Shown: positions 41,332 to 55,330 of the stretch, in pieces
Layout: the number at the start of each line of letters is the position of its first letter
Numbering within the stretch: the stretch's first letter is position 1
NCBI GenBank assembly: GCA_964016885.1
Contig: OZ024743.1
Span: forward strand, 342,178,001-342,242,000
DNA length: 64,000 bases
From: Eledone cirrhosa
Taxonomy: Eukaryota
Direction of reading: 5' to 3'
Notes under the pieces: generated by a model
What the model was told of the DNA's origin: nothing
Seen by the model: only the letters and a program-made list of their open reading frames with translations
Database searches by the model: none
Program-made: the position numbers and the translations under genes

Positions 41332-41939
41332 TGTGTGTGTATTATATATATATGAGTGTATATACATACCAACTGCATTACTTAATGTGGTGACTGAATA
41401 GATCGTGTTAGTGATTGCGTGACAACAACAATGCACGCCACAGAAATGTGTATTAGGGCTGATTATGATTAAAAGGAATTATGGATACCTACATTTAACC
41501 TTCAGAATTATGTATATATATATATATATATAACAAAATAAGATGATGAGGTTACATAGATCGTTTAATCATTATAATTATTTCCACGGTTCTCCATGCA
41601 ACCGAGAAGTCCTTCATGCATTTGTTGTTGTTAAGAGAACGATATCCTCAGATGATAACCGATATGTTTGATATGCCGCCGGTAGGCACAAACACACGTC
41701 CTATTGCTTGTGTGCCCAACAGACATATCAGTTCCTGAAAGGGTCTCCCATCCGTCGTGTTTGCTAGAGTAAAGTACTATCAACAAAAAAGAACGCAAAA
41801 ACTGTATGTAACCAAAGCCCAGTAGAGTGTGGAAGCAATAAATGGAGTTCTGAAGGAGGGTGGGGTATATATTTTATTGACAGCCACCTTAACACAACAG
41901 CTACAACAACACTTCCGCTTGTGGTACGGGTTGTAGAGG

Positions 41940-42610
41940 CCGGAACTAGATTGAGGGTAACGTCCAGGAAGTTAACTATCTTACTATTATTTTCTATGTC
42001 TATGCTGAGGCCCAGGATTTTGAAAACTGTAATTAAGATCTTTCTAATCCTATTTATCATGCTGTTGTTGTGGTCGAGTAGCGTAAACAACGCATCATCG
42101 CAGTATATTCCACCGCCTAACACTGGGATCTCATTTTCGGGTTCCTGAGGATGTAGAGGCCCACTAGGTCAGCAACCTGCGCCGAGTTGCTCGATCCCAT
42201 CGTGATGTCAAAGTTGTCCGGCCACTCTCTCCTAGTCCAGTGCTCACCGTCGAAGCCTATCAGTGTCTTCCTGGCAGTATGAATTATGTTAATTTCATCT
42301 CTGGTTAAATATGTATGGGTGCATGCAAACATAAGTGCCTTGTTAACCACCACCATAATTACTAACTATTAAGATGCATAATAGTTACATATATCAAGTT
42401 GTATAAAATTAGTCCTACCTTTGTTCTGCAGGCCGTTAAACCACTCGATCACGTCTCCTGTTATGGAGCATTGTTGTAATTTGATCTTTTTTTGTAAGTA
42501 CTGGTATGATTCTGTCCAGTATTCTTTTGCTTATACACTCGATGTCAGACTTTGATGGTAATATAAGTCTGACTGGGAGTACAGTTCCGATGTTCGGTTT
42601 GTTATATATA
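41940..42610 (-). mobile_element. Nematis-like PLE RT fragment
   Basis: FDITMGSSNSAQVADLVGLYIL, GGIYCDD, VNFLDVTLNL. Confidence 0.85.
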
Positions 42611-42974
42611 TGGGAATTTTCACGTTATGTTTGTAAAATTGTATTTTGGTGGAATGATTATGTAAAAAGTAGTGAGATTTCAGCTTACTAGTTATATTTT
42701 TCAACATGGCTAATGGAATTATGTAATATCATTTTCCAGGTGTTAAATTTGTTAGTATTGCCAAAGGTTCCAAGAATTCACGGAGTAATTTAGTATAAAA
42801 TATTGTATTAGGAAAAAGAGACAGGGAATGAGGATAAATTTGAAGAGAGATTTATTTGATGTATTAATCTAACACGTGTTTCATTGCCGATTACATGATC
42901 ATCTAAGACAGCTGTATACAAATATTTTTTCTGTTCATTCAGTCGCATTATGTTTGCATTCGGAAATTCTTCTG

Positions 42975-43305
42975 AAGAGTCTCTGGAGTAGCGTTACTCG
43001 GTAGAGTGCGTAGCTCGAAGATCACAAAGTAACGCTAGGTAAAGACACTACATCTCTTAATTCATAGCTCCGATAATACAATAGGCATGTGGTTAGAATG
43101 TCTCCAGGATTGAAACGGATCAAGCGGAGACGGTTGCTTCTGAAAGGACCCACTGGAATGAATGTTTGAGGATTCTGCCCCAATAACCCTTTCAGGAATA
43201 AGTGGACGAAGAAGAAGAAGAAGAAGAAGAAGAAGAAGAAGAAGAAGAAGAAGAAGAAGAAGAAGAAGAAGAAGAAGAAGAAGAAGAAGAAGAAGAAGAA
43301 GAAGA
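42975..43305 (+). mobile_element. RTE-type 3' end with (GAA)n tail
   Basis: The terminal tcaggaataagtggac+(GAA)n is identical to that of 53625-54570. Confidence 0.75.
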
Positions 43306-43431
43306 TATTCATGGAGGTATTTATGGTACCATATGATTGAGACAATTTGATTTTATCTGTAATTGCGATATAGATATGTATACATATGTGTATATATGTG
43401 TGTATGTGTGTGTGTGCATGTGTGTGCATGT

Positions 43432-43930
43432 TAATGTAGTCTATAGCATAAGATCTGCAGAGAGTACTTGCAGAAACATGACAACGACATACATGGGTGA
43501 GACAGGTCGAAGCATAGGAGAAAGAATAGACCAACACTGGGGGAAACTAAAAGGACAAAAAAAAACGTTCCAGTACTATACGAACAAGCCAGACAAAGAC
43601 ATGACGGTAATATAGACAACAAAGAAATTAAAATAATATATAAGCATAGAAATGGCTCTACAGGTAGGCAAATCAGAGAAGCAGCTGAGATAGAACTAAG
43701 AAGATAGAAGTTAAACAGAACAAACGAATGGAATAACAACAACAACCATACCCAAACAAACACTAGCGAACAAAGATAGAATACAAAAACAAACAAAAAA
43801 ATACACTCAAACGCGAACACACTCACCAAACACTATAAACCCACGCAAATGCATGCGCAGAGTCAGAGACAAGAGGAAATAAATAAATTCTTGAAAATAA
43901 AAATGGCGTAGACATGCAATACAACAGGAG
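43432..43930 (+). mobile_element. Neptune-like PLE remnant (GIY-YIG plus 3'UTR)
   Basis: VVYSIR...TCRNMTTTYMGETGRSIGERIDQHWG, homologous to 20500-21075 reversed. A related pLTR piece lies at 44310-44475. Confidence 0.85.
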
Positions 43931-43946
43931 GAAAATTAATAGTACC

Positions 43947-44016
<70 letters not shown>

Positions 44017-44057
44017 AGTAAGTATGTTTTGAAACAGTGAGCGAGTTTGAAATTAGA

Positions 44058-44236
44058 AAATATATAGCTTTCACCGTATTTTTGACTAAAGGAATTTTAG
44101 CCTGATAACGGGGTTTAGAACCCTCACATAAATGGAAAAAGATGAGTATTGACAATACTCATCTTTTTCCATTCATCTGAGGGTTCTAAACTCCGTTATC
44201 AAGCTAAAATTCCTTTAGTCAAAAATACGGTGAAAG

Positions 44237-44240
<4 letters not shown>
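44058..44240. repeat. Fold-back hairpin (about 90 bp arms, minimal loop) between (TA)n tracts
   Basis: Apex at about 44152 (gagtattg a caatactc). Confidence 0.85.
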
Positions 44241-44316
<76 letters not shown>

Positions 44317-44472
44317 CTGTATTTGTAACCGCTGGTCAGTCAATGATAAATATTGATTGCCAAATAAATTAACTATGGAGGTATAAAAGATACAGAAGCA
44401 AAAACCAACCAAAGAGTGAGTGTGTTCTGTTATTATTTCTGGCAATATTACAACAATATGACCCTGCCCAAG

Positions 44473-44566
<94 letters not shown>

Positions 44567-44690
44567 ACATATATATACATATATATGTGTATGTATATAT
44601 TTACATATATATATATATATATATTTGAAGGAATAACACAAATACAGGTATGCAAAGTCTAAAATTTTATTAGGATCACGATCAGGAGGA

Positions 44691-44744
<54 letters not shown>

Positions 44745-44925
44745 ATCGGGGTAACCACAGTTAGTAAGGGACTTAATACAATACATTAGTGGAGTGTAAA
44801 CATCAAGTTTAATACAGGACTATAACTGTTTCATTCAAAAGAAATCAATAACGAAAGAATTCTAGTCCTGGAGAAGTAATTTCTATAAGAAACTTCATAC
44901 ATATATATATGTGTGTATGTGTATC

Positions 44926-45004
<79 letters not shown>

Positions 45005-45232
45005 AGAAGTACAAATCGACAGGTTAGAATTTTCTTCATTCATTATACCGTCGCTGTTATATATATTACGATGATCCATATTATACAACAGTTGTCACCT
45101 CATCGTGCAGCTAATTGTTGAACAGTAAAAAATACAGAAAAAAAAACAGAAAAAAACGTGACGAAATAGATATGCCTCTGGCTAATCATTGGTGTTTCTT
45201 TCTCTCTCTCTCTACCTCTTTCAATCTCTCTC

Positions 45233-45265
<33 letters not shown>

Positions 45266-45388
45266 ATGTATGTGTGTGTGTTTATGTCTGCGTGTGTGAG
45301 TGTGTATGTGTGGGTGTGTGTGTGCGTACGTGTATGTGTATGTCTGTATGTGTGTGTGTGCGTGTGTGTGTGCGTGTGTGTGTATATA

Positions 45389-45497
<109 letters not shown>

Positions 45498-46440
45498 GTG
45501 TGCATGTATGCATAATAAGGAAGTCACTTTTTTATAATCCTGCATATCGTTATCAGCCATCTATTGTTAAGGAAAATTCTTGGTTCGTAAATCACCACGG
45601 CAGACAGCTTTATACACATATACTCGCGTGTATGCACGTGCGTGTGAGGTCGTTGCGAATAGTAAGCAATACATAATAAACATTTAAATAGTCTAACTTC
45701 TTTATTGGTAATAGCAATAGTAATGGCTATTAAGATAGACCCAAGGCCAGAAATATGAGGTAAGAGAAAGAACTTGACTGGTACTTTGAACGTAACGATT
45801 CCATACAAATATATTCCGCTGCTGATAGCAGTATAATCATTTCTAATGATTTCTGATATAAGCACACGTCTAACCACTTTTGCGGCATAGTATATTCGTT
45901 TAAATTTTCTCAATAGCGCCTCGGTTACATATTTCCTAGATCAACATAAGACGACAGGTAATGTTTATCTAAGCTGAATTTCATCGCAGAACCTAAAATG
46001 TGGTAACTAAATACCACCGACAAGCCACCTATCGCATTTATAGTAATTCATTTTAATATAGACACGCTACAAGAACACCTCAATAGATGGTAGAAATTGG
46101 CTCAGAATTAAGCAATCAATTTCAATTAATTATTGTTTATCCAGCATACCTTTCTCAATAGCACTAACGATTTTGTGATATGAATATTTACATTTTATGG
46201 TTATTGCAAACAACTTCCTCTGCATGACGTCAACTCGTGCAAATTATAATATATAATCTATTAATTCAAAGTTATTAGCAATTTTATGTGACAGTTGATT
46301 TAAATATCAATAAATTATTATTATTTTACGATGATTTTCGGCGAATATTCCAGCTTTCCTTCAATTAATGTTTTCGATCAATTTTTTTCTTTTCTTTCGG
46401 ACAATATTCTTTCAAACATTGTCTCAGACGGGAATGTACC

Positions 46441-47300
46441 TAGTATGTATGTATGTATGTATGTATGTATGTATGTATGTATGTATGTATGTATGTATGT
46501 ATGTATGTATATCTCTTTCTCTTAATTTCGAGTATATTTTTTTGACCGGCCACCTTCCTGGTGGCAAGGTTGTAAAAGAATAGAAATTGTCATCCCTTGA
46601 ATCGCAAGAATGTTTTGCAAATTTTGAAGGTGCCAGCTGTCGCAGCCATTTGTAAACTATGAATTAGGGAGCTGCGCTCTTTGTCCGCAAATCCAAGTTC
46701 AGTCATACTTTGGTCCAAGTGGGTTGGTACATAACCCGTAGCTGCAATAATGATGGGTATGAAGCTAAAGGTGTATCTTGGATACTGGATTTGTAAATTC
46801 CTCATCAATGATCCGTAGATGTCCTCCTTCTCCTGTATTTTTCTGACAACGTTTACATCAAGTGGGCAGCTGATCTCCACAACAGAACACGTTTTCAATG
46901 TGTGGTCCCAAACTACAATATCAGGCCGGTTGTGCTTTAATTTGGTGGCAGTTTTTATTTTCAGGTTCCACCAGTATTCCTTAGTGCCATCTGTCTCAAT
47001 ATATTCTTCCTCGTTTGTTGTTAATTTTGTTTTCCGAAATGCGTTCCAGATGGTTGTATGTATGTATGTATGTATGTATGTATGTATGTATGTATGTATG
47101 TATATCTCTTTCTCTTAATTTCGAGTATATTGTTTTGACCGGCCACCTTCTCATCGTGTCTCATGGAGAGGTAGTAGCGAGATGACATTCATTCGCAGCT
47201 GGCAACAATGTGGCTTACATCCTCGATCTTTGTTTTACATAGCCTACATTTATTGTCAGCTGATGGCCCTTTTGTGCAGCAGATATTTGGTAGTGAGTTC
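46441..47300 (-). mobile_element. R4/Dong-like LINE family A, 5'-truncated (CCHC plus restriction-like endonuclease), (CATA)n tail
   Basis: NKCRLC...HIVASC...RHD, WWN...HNRPDIVVWD...CSVVEISCPLD...K. Interrupted at 47056-47150. Confidence 0.88.
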
Positions 47301-47584
47301 TTATGCATGTATGTATGTATGTTTGTATATATGTTTGTATGTGAAAGGCCCCCAGTTGTTGTCACAACACCTTTCTAGGAGAGGGAAACTGAAAGTGGTA
47401 GAGAGAGTGGGAGTGCTCGAGTGCAAGGCATTTCCCCACTTAAAAATCCTTCAAAGTATAGGCATTGCTTGTTTAGGATACGTTACAGGTTCGTGTAGCT
47501 GGCCGTAGCCTAAAAGTACACCATCTTCTCTAATCTGACAAGCGATTGCAATACTCTTAGCGTAGTTGCAGTCATCATGTATGT

Positions 47585-50500
47585 ATGTTCTTCTGGTTTT
47601 ATAATTTCACAAATGTTTTCCCAATAGAGAGAGAGTCGGTTTCTAATAGACACAAGACTGTCTCATTGGAATTTACACAACATCAACTAGGTAGATTATG
47701 TATGCATCCATGCATGTGTATATATGGATGTTATTGTATGTGTGGATGTGTATATGCTATGTATATGTACATGTGTATATGCCATTATTAGATGCAACAT
47801 TTTTGGAATGTTTTACATATTTTTATTGTTCCATTATTGGATTCTACATGTAATTACCTAACTAGTTGTGTTCTTTCTGTTCCTGTGAAGCCCAGCTTCT
47901 CAAGATTTGTATTGAGGCAGTTACTAACATATCCCAGTGTCCCAATAATCACAGGCATAAATCTGAAGGTGTAATCAGGGTGGAGTATCTGCAGATTTCT
48001 CATCTGTTCTGCATAAATATTCTCCTATTCTCTAATCTTTGATATTATATTGGCATCTGCTTGGCAGCTAATTTCCACTACTATGCTTTCTTCTCCCTGT
48101 CCCATATTATAATATCTGGTCTGTTATGCCTGCATTTTATTGGGGTTTTTACTGGAACATTCCACCACTATTCTTTCATATTATGTACATGGATGTCTTC
48201 CACATTGCTGTAGCTTTTAATGTGTTTATTATCAGGGCTATCGTTTCTACGGATTGCATTTTACAGTGTTCTGGCCACTACATCATGCCTCATAGATAGA
48301 TAGTACCGCGATGACATATTTGGACAGCTGCTGATAACATGGGTGACATCTTTGATGTTAGTTCTGCAGAGTCTGCACTTGTTATCACATCTAAGTGTTT
48401 TGCCTGCATCCCTATCTCTTTTATGAATCAGTTATTTCGTTTTAATTTCCTGTTCTTGGATTGCAAAAGCGTATCCTTCAAAGTCGGAGCCATTATAGCG
48501 GTTGTTGGTCCAAGATAGACTACTTTCCTTATTACTCTCACTCTGGAGCTTTCTGGCAACATATCCATGCATGACTTTTTGCTGATAAGCATGCAGTTTT
48601 TCATACATGGATTCACTGCGATACTGCTGAGTGACTTCCCTGGATGTGAGTTTTTTATTATCACACAGGGAATATCTCTCGAGGAGTTCCTTCCCAATTG
48701 TCATGATCTTATCTGTTTCATGCAGATAGACTTGCTCGAGAGACGGGCTCCTACGCTTCGAGGTTCGTAGATGTCGGAGGGATATGATGCGACATTCAAA
48801 TGTTGTCTGGACTGATGTTAGGCCTCTGTCTCCCTGCTTACGTTTCAAGGAAAAGCGGTCTATGTCACTGTTGATGTGGAAGTTTCCGGCGTTGTTTAAT
48901 ATTTTTCGAGTTCCAACATCAACTGCTCGGATTTCGTCTATCGTGCAATTGAGTATTCCAAACGTTGGTGTTAGGACAGGCACAGCAAACACATTGTGAG
49001 CCACTGTTTTGTTTTACGCAGAGAGTTCCGACGACCAAATCTTTCTTAATTGGGTGTAGTATTCCCTGGTTACGCGTTCCTTATTACAGATACCATTATA
49101 GGATATGTTCTCATCTATCCCCAGGTATTTGTAGCAGTCCTCGCCAGATATCGGTGAAACAGTTAGGCCATTGATGACAATGTTGCTAGAATGGGTTGTT
49201 GTTTTTCCCCGCTTTACAGTCATGTAGGAGCCTTTATCTTGGCCAAACTCCATTCCTAAATCCTTTGAGAACGTTGTAACCAGGTCAATATTTTTCTTCA
49301 TACCATCCATGTTCTTGGCATAGAGTTTCAGATCATCCACAAAGAAATTATGGGTTAGGTTCATATTTCTGTCCTCCTGTGAGCGAATGATGTATCCTTC
49401 ACATTTCTTGAGCAGAAGGGACAAGGAGTTTAATGACAAGATGAATAATATCACAGAGAGACTGTCTCCCTGAAATATACCCTTGCGATATTTTATTTTA
49501 TCAGTGAAAATAGAGTCCTCCCTCTCCGTCTTTAACCTTAGGATAGTAGCCCAAGAAGAAGACAGCTTTTCTATGGGTCTGATAATAATGTCTGGGACTT
49601 TAGCAAGCTGGGGGGCCTCTATCATCCAAGAGTGCGTAACAGAATCGAAAGCTTTCCTGTAGTCCAGCCAGACTGAGGCCATATTCCTTCTAAGTTGTCG
49701 TACTTCCGACATCGCAGTTTTGTTGATTAGGAGTTGTTCAGCACATCCCCAAACCCCTTTCTTTCCAGCTGCTTGTTCATCTGTGATGATGTTATTATTT
49801 TCACAGTGATCTTGGAGGAATAGGTTCAGGCAGGCTCTATACATCTTATCCATCAGGTTCTGGCATGCATTGTGTCGGTAGTTTTTTGCCAAGTGGGTGT
49901 CTTTGTTCTTGGGGACCAGTAACGTTTGTGCTAATGTCAACCATCCTGGTATAAGGGTATCTCCCTTAAGAACTTGTGGATAGAAGCCAGTAAGATACCT
50001 CCGATAGGATATCAGCTTTTTGTACCAGTAGCCGACAATCATGTCTCTTCTTAGTGTTTTCTTATCTTGGAGTTTTCCTATCACAGTCTCAAGGGTACCC
50101 TCACTTATTTAGTATGTTTCTGCTGTAGTGTAGGAGCAATAGTTCTTTCGGATTTCTTTTAGCCAAACTGCATCTTTGTTGAAATTATTCTTTCTGGGAT
50201 GGAGCCTCAGTGACACTTATTATTTTGTTCTTCATATCTCTATAAACTGATGTTTGGTTTGTTTTTCGCTAACAGCTCTCAATTCTTGTTTGAGGGTGAT
50301 CAGCTTATATTGAAGAGTTCTGGTTCTACTATTACCAAACATCGTCTCTATTTTATTTTTCACTCTTTGTTGGTGAGGAGTGAGGTCTTGTTTGTGTTTT
50401 TCGTAGGTCAGCAATCTATTTTTCTACTTTAGATATATATGATGGTATTTTTGGTGGGGTTTTGTTCTTGTTAATATCTCTGCTATCACCAAGATAATGC

Positions 50501-51535
50501 TTCACTGTCGTGCTAAGGCATATAAACAGGCGTTGATTTGCCAAGATGTTGGGGTTTTTATCCGTCGTAAATATTCATCCCCTATTTCGTCAATAACACG
50601 TAATATTTCATTATTTGTTTTTTTATTAAATATTAATACGTTCAGCAAGAGAGATATTTATACATGAATTAATTTCTCTCTGGAAGATTTCGTTGAGGGA
50701 AATTTTCAATTGTTTATACTTTTGATTATTATCATTATCGATAGTATTTTCCACAACAGTCGAGGTAGACTCGGATAGTACATGTGCTGTCAAATTTCTT
50801 GGATTACTATTATTATTTCTTCGATTACTATTATTATCGATAGTGTTTTCCCCAGCATTCGAGGTAGACTTAGATGGTACACGTGGTGTCAACTTTATTA
50901 CAGGCATAGTTGTTTCAAGGCATTGTTCGACCTGGCTGCTAGGAAGTCTAGTAGCATGGCGACCTGTAGCACGTGTTGTTGATCCCATGTTTGTTGTGGG
51001 GGACCTACAATTAATAATATTTATCTAATTTTTACGCTCAACAAACGTGGCTTGTTGGCATAATTTTTTCTCTGTGAAATAAATTAGCTCTGGGTGCATT
51101 TCGTCCCAGTGTAGCTTCATTCTGTTCATATAGCCAATGGAGGGATTGTTTTTTGCCATTTTATAACAATTAAATAAATCATCATTAAGTTCGCAACTCC
51201 AAGAGAAATGCGATTTATAATTTCGGTTTCTTCTGTAGCTACAACTGAATAAAGTTTGTTTACCTTTCTCATTGTTTGTCTTCGATACTTCCTTAATTTT
51301 GTTGTTGATGTTGTGTTTAGCCATGCTGTTTGTAGCAAATCCTTGTGAAATGGATTATCTATTTAGTCGGATATCTCTACAAATTCGAATAAAAGGTGTC
51401 TTCAGAAGATATAGTTAGAAGAATAACCAGTTATTCAATATGACTGTAGTTGTGGCATTACTGTCGGAGATAGTATTCATCTTAAATTTAATAAGTAGTC
51501 TCCCACGCCAAAATATGCGACTGATCGCATTGACT
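47585..51535 (-). mobile_element. R4/Dong-like LINE family B, apparently full length but decayed, flanked by (CATA)n
   Basis: N-terminal Myb-like W..ELN..L..CY...GYM.RM; RT WLDYRKAFDSV, KGIFQGDSLS, FFVDDLKLYA, YKYLG; CRLC..H....C, RHD, NRPDII. (TATG)n lies at 51547-51620. Confidence 0.9.
49014..50084 (-). pseudogene. Non-LTR reverse transcriptase domain (R4 clade-like)
   Basis: Motifs listed above. Continues by frameshift into 48432-49004. Confidence 0.92.
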
Positions 51536-52639
51536 GTGTGTGTGTGTATGTATGTATGTATGTATGTATGTATGTATGTATGTATGTATGTATGTATGTA
51601 TGTATGTATGTATGTATGTATGTGTGTGTGTATGTACGTACACCTAAATGGGTCCCGAGGTTAGCACTAGTTAACCTTATTTCTCGGGGAGTATGAGGTA
51701 ATGACATGTAATGGTAAGCAGAGTCTCTGAATTCGCTCGGTGAAGTGTTTTTTTTATTTTAATGATTTGGGTCAAGTATTTGTTCACATGATTGGTTATG
51801 TGAACACTTGTCGCATTATTGTAACAGGGTCCGTGTCTTCATTGAATTTGGTTAGCAGGAACTTTGGTATATTCCGGCAAGCTGCGTTGGGTTTGAATTT
51901 CTTGTTTAGGAATAGAATCGACCAACATATAATGTGAAGGAGGATTTGGTAGACATTAAATCCGTGTCTGTATAAGCGTTATCTAAACTATAATGAAGTA
52001 AGGAGTGCGGGACTGCATCCAGAATATATTTTTGTTATCCCGTTTATAAAATAAGTTTGATTACTTTGAATAAATAATGAATGAATATTACATAACCTAT
52101 CTACTAAATTTCATTATACTGGATTAAATATAAATAATATTGATGGGTATTTTAAGATTCACTTCTTTACGTTTTCAAATGTCAACACTTCCGGTTAGCG
52201 ATCGCTTAAATAACATTCATATATTTCCGTCACTAATTTTCTCCTAATGCAGTTTATATATAATATCATTTTTTTTAATGTATCATGGATTACGTTACTG
52301 ATTACATAAGACCGTGTAACGCAGTCTTCGTTCAATTTCTGTGCATATTGTCAATTACGATTTTATTTGATGTATCATATCTACATGCATATATACGTGC
52401 ATATAATATCAATATGCATACTACACATGCTAGCAGAAAACCACCCGAAGCGTGGTTTTTCTGCTAATCTTTCTATAATACCCCATATGATATATGTGTG
52501 TATTTCTACATACAATGGTTTTAAAATATGCTTGAATAATTCACCAGGTCTTTCCCATGTCGTGAGCCTGGTAGACTGAGTCATTATTTTGCTCTCTGCT
52601 TCATTGAATATTTTTTATACGAGTCGTAAATAGGGAGTT

Positions 52640-53370
52640 GAAGATTTTGTTGAGAGGTATATTGTTTCGTTTAAGTAGTTTACATTTCTTAGCACAGAAC
52701 ACTATGATACAGCAGTTGCCCGTCGGTTCGTTAATGTTCCTGATATCCATGTGCCTCAACAGCTGAAGCTCGCTTATATTTTTTTCTTGAACAACCGGTG
52801 TAATATATGTCCGCTTAAAAAGTGTTTGCTAATGATCAGAAGAACATTGTTTTGTAGCATGCCTTTCATAGGTGTTCTGTGGGGATTTGCCGACTAACAT
52901 TCCTTTTCCTTGTTTAGTTGGTGAGGTCGTTTGTCATCGGCAAGTAATTAATAGTGTTATTCCATATATTTACGTTTGTGCATGAGTGATTTATTTATTT
53001 CTTCTATATAGAAATATCCTATTAAGTGTACCAAGGTTACTTTTTCCTAAATTTATGAGTCCATATTGGGGTGAATTATTTTTATGGCTCTTGAACATAG
53101 AGATCAGATTTGTGTGAGATAAAGAGTTTTTCTTAGATATGTTGGTCGTTTGTTAGATATTGTGATTCCATGTTTGCGTTGGTATATACAATTCTGTTTG
53201 TATGTTAATAGTTTTCTGTGCTCTTATTCGACACATTGGTATGTCATTGTATATGTGATATGTTTCGTATCTTATCAGCAAATATAACGGATTTCTAAAG
53301 GGTGTGTATCAATTTGGTTTGTGGTAAATATATTTGAATTTTCTTCATTGTTTCTCAATTTCATGTATAT
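52640..53370 (-). mobile_element. Very degenerate Penelope-like remnant
   Basis: A YIYHKP motif at about 53315-53335 and general resemblance to 59560-60385. There are many stops. Confidence 0.35.
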
Positions 53371-53624
53371 GGCTCAACTAAGGAAGTTATTTTCAAAGGC
53401 ATTTAATTCTCTTCCCTACGAGGGTAATCTCAGGGATGAGAATTAAATGCTTTTGATGTTCCAGCATAAAACACAATATTTTCCTTCATATTGTGAAACT
53501 TTTATCCGAAAAAGATTTTAAACCGAAACTTAGAAAACTCAGATAATCGTATCATCATTTACACTATATACGGATGCATATATACGTAAGTAACAGAGTG
53601 TATAACTTTACAAGAATTTGTGTC

Positions 53625-54570
53625 CCTTCTTCTTCTTCTTCTTCTTCTTCTTCTTCTTCTTCTTCTTCTTCTTCTTCTTCTTCTTCTTCTTCTTCTTCTT
53701 CTTCTTCTTCTTCTTCTTCTTCGTCGTCGTCGTCGTCGTCGTCGTTGTCCACTTATTCCTGAGAGGGTAGTGGAGGCAGAGTCCTCAGACACTCCTTCCA
53801 GTGGGCCCTGTCAGAAGCAACCGTCTCCAACTGATCCAACTGATCCCAAGCGTTACCAGCCAAGCTCATGGGTGTTAACCGACCATCTTGCTCGGAGTCT
53901 ACTCCTGGGTCTCCTACCAGTTGGTTTTGTCCGAAAAATCTATCCAGGGATTCTTTCCTGAGACATTCTAATGACATGTTCATAATATCTCTGAATTCTG
54001 AGAAGTAGCGGCACTACCTGAACAGACTCCTAGATCTCTAAGCTACGTACTCTATCGAGTAACGTTACTCCAACGGCCCCCCGCGGGAAACCCATTTCGG
54101 CCGCGTGTTTTGGCGATCGCATTGTTTCGATCATTACCTAAGGTTCATGACCATAGGTAAGGGTTTGCAGAAATACCTAATTGAAAATAGTGAGTTCGGC
54201 TTTTACGCCTACTGATTACTGAATGCTGCACCATCTCATGTAATTCTTGTACTTAATTCAGCCCCCTACCTGCAATCACTTGTGAACACGGCCCGAGATA
54301 CTTGAACTCCTCCACCTGATTCAGTGGAACTCCATTCACATGTAGACAGCACTGTGGAAGCTACCCTGTGCGGACGAGTGTTTCAGTTTTCGCAGTACTG
54401 ATTTTCATTCCAGCCATACAGCACTGGACATCAAACCTATGAGGTGAAGTCGGAGATCACCTTTTGTCACGTTAATTAACACCATATCATTTGAAAATTC
54501 CAGCCAACTTATTTTAGATCCACCCGTCTGCGTATGTCAATGCCCTTCATGAAAATAATGCATAGCGATA
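53625..54570 (-). mobile_element. RTE (Expander/Rex3-like) LINE 3' portion with (GAA)n tail
   Basis: FSNDMV (decayed FADD), LNQVEEFKYLG, TLTYGHE. (TTC)n lies at 53626-53722. Confidence 0.8.
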
Positions 54571-55102
54571 ATCCTAAATGTTTTCTTCGAAAACTATAGA
54601 ACCAAAAAAAGTCTCCTACTCTCCTTTCCCCAAAATCCTCCCTTCCTTTCCTTTTTATTTATTTCCCATTTCTCCATTTTTTCTTTTCTACTACTTCTTC
54701 CGCTTTTTCTCCTATGTCTCCTTCCATCTGCTTCACCATCCCTCCATCGTCTTCTACACCAGCTTTTTATACTGTGGTTACCAGTTATAAATATATTATA
54801 AATATATATGGAGGGTTTCGTATGCGCGTATATGCTCGGCCAGCCATCCATAACACCAAAGTATGATGTGTTGCTGTCTTTATCAAAGTCCACTCCATTG
54901 AGAACCACTGGTTTCTTTCACCCCATTTTTAGAAGTTCACTGAAACGGCAATGGATGCTTCCCTTACCAGTAGTATGAAGTCACAGAATTAGCAACTTAA
55001 TAAATAACACATTTCACGATATATAGTATTGTTTATAAATGCATCGTCCATGAAAAACTAATTCTTTATATATATATATATATATTCGTTCTATATAAAT
55101 GT

Positions 55103-55330
55103 GGACGCGCGTGGCCTAGTGGTAAGGGACTTACCATCATAATTACGTGGGTTCGATTCCTGAGCTGGTTTGTGTGTTGTGTTCTTCAGCAAAACCCTTC
55201 AACGAGTACCAGCAATAGCTGGTCCTGTCCAAGAGGGAGTTTTGCACTTACAGTTGCTTCATTCACGCTACGGAGACCAGATAAGCACCGGCTTCATGAG
55301 CCTCCGGGATCGAGACAGACTTCAGACTTT
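55103..55330 (+). mobile_element. tRNA-derived SINE (second family)
   Basis: A-box GTGGCCTAGTGG, B-box GGTTCGATTCC, then the gttgtgttcttcagcaaaac core. Confidence 0.7.

Noticed and set aside
44095-44240. YTGATAA and GAAA as a U3-A8 hammerhead
   Set aside because: The two core halves belong to opposite arms of the fold-back and no UH/stem I closes them.
51330-51535. HDV-like ribozyme in the R4-like 5'UTR
   Set aside because: The nested double pseudoknot could not be identified by eye.
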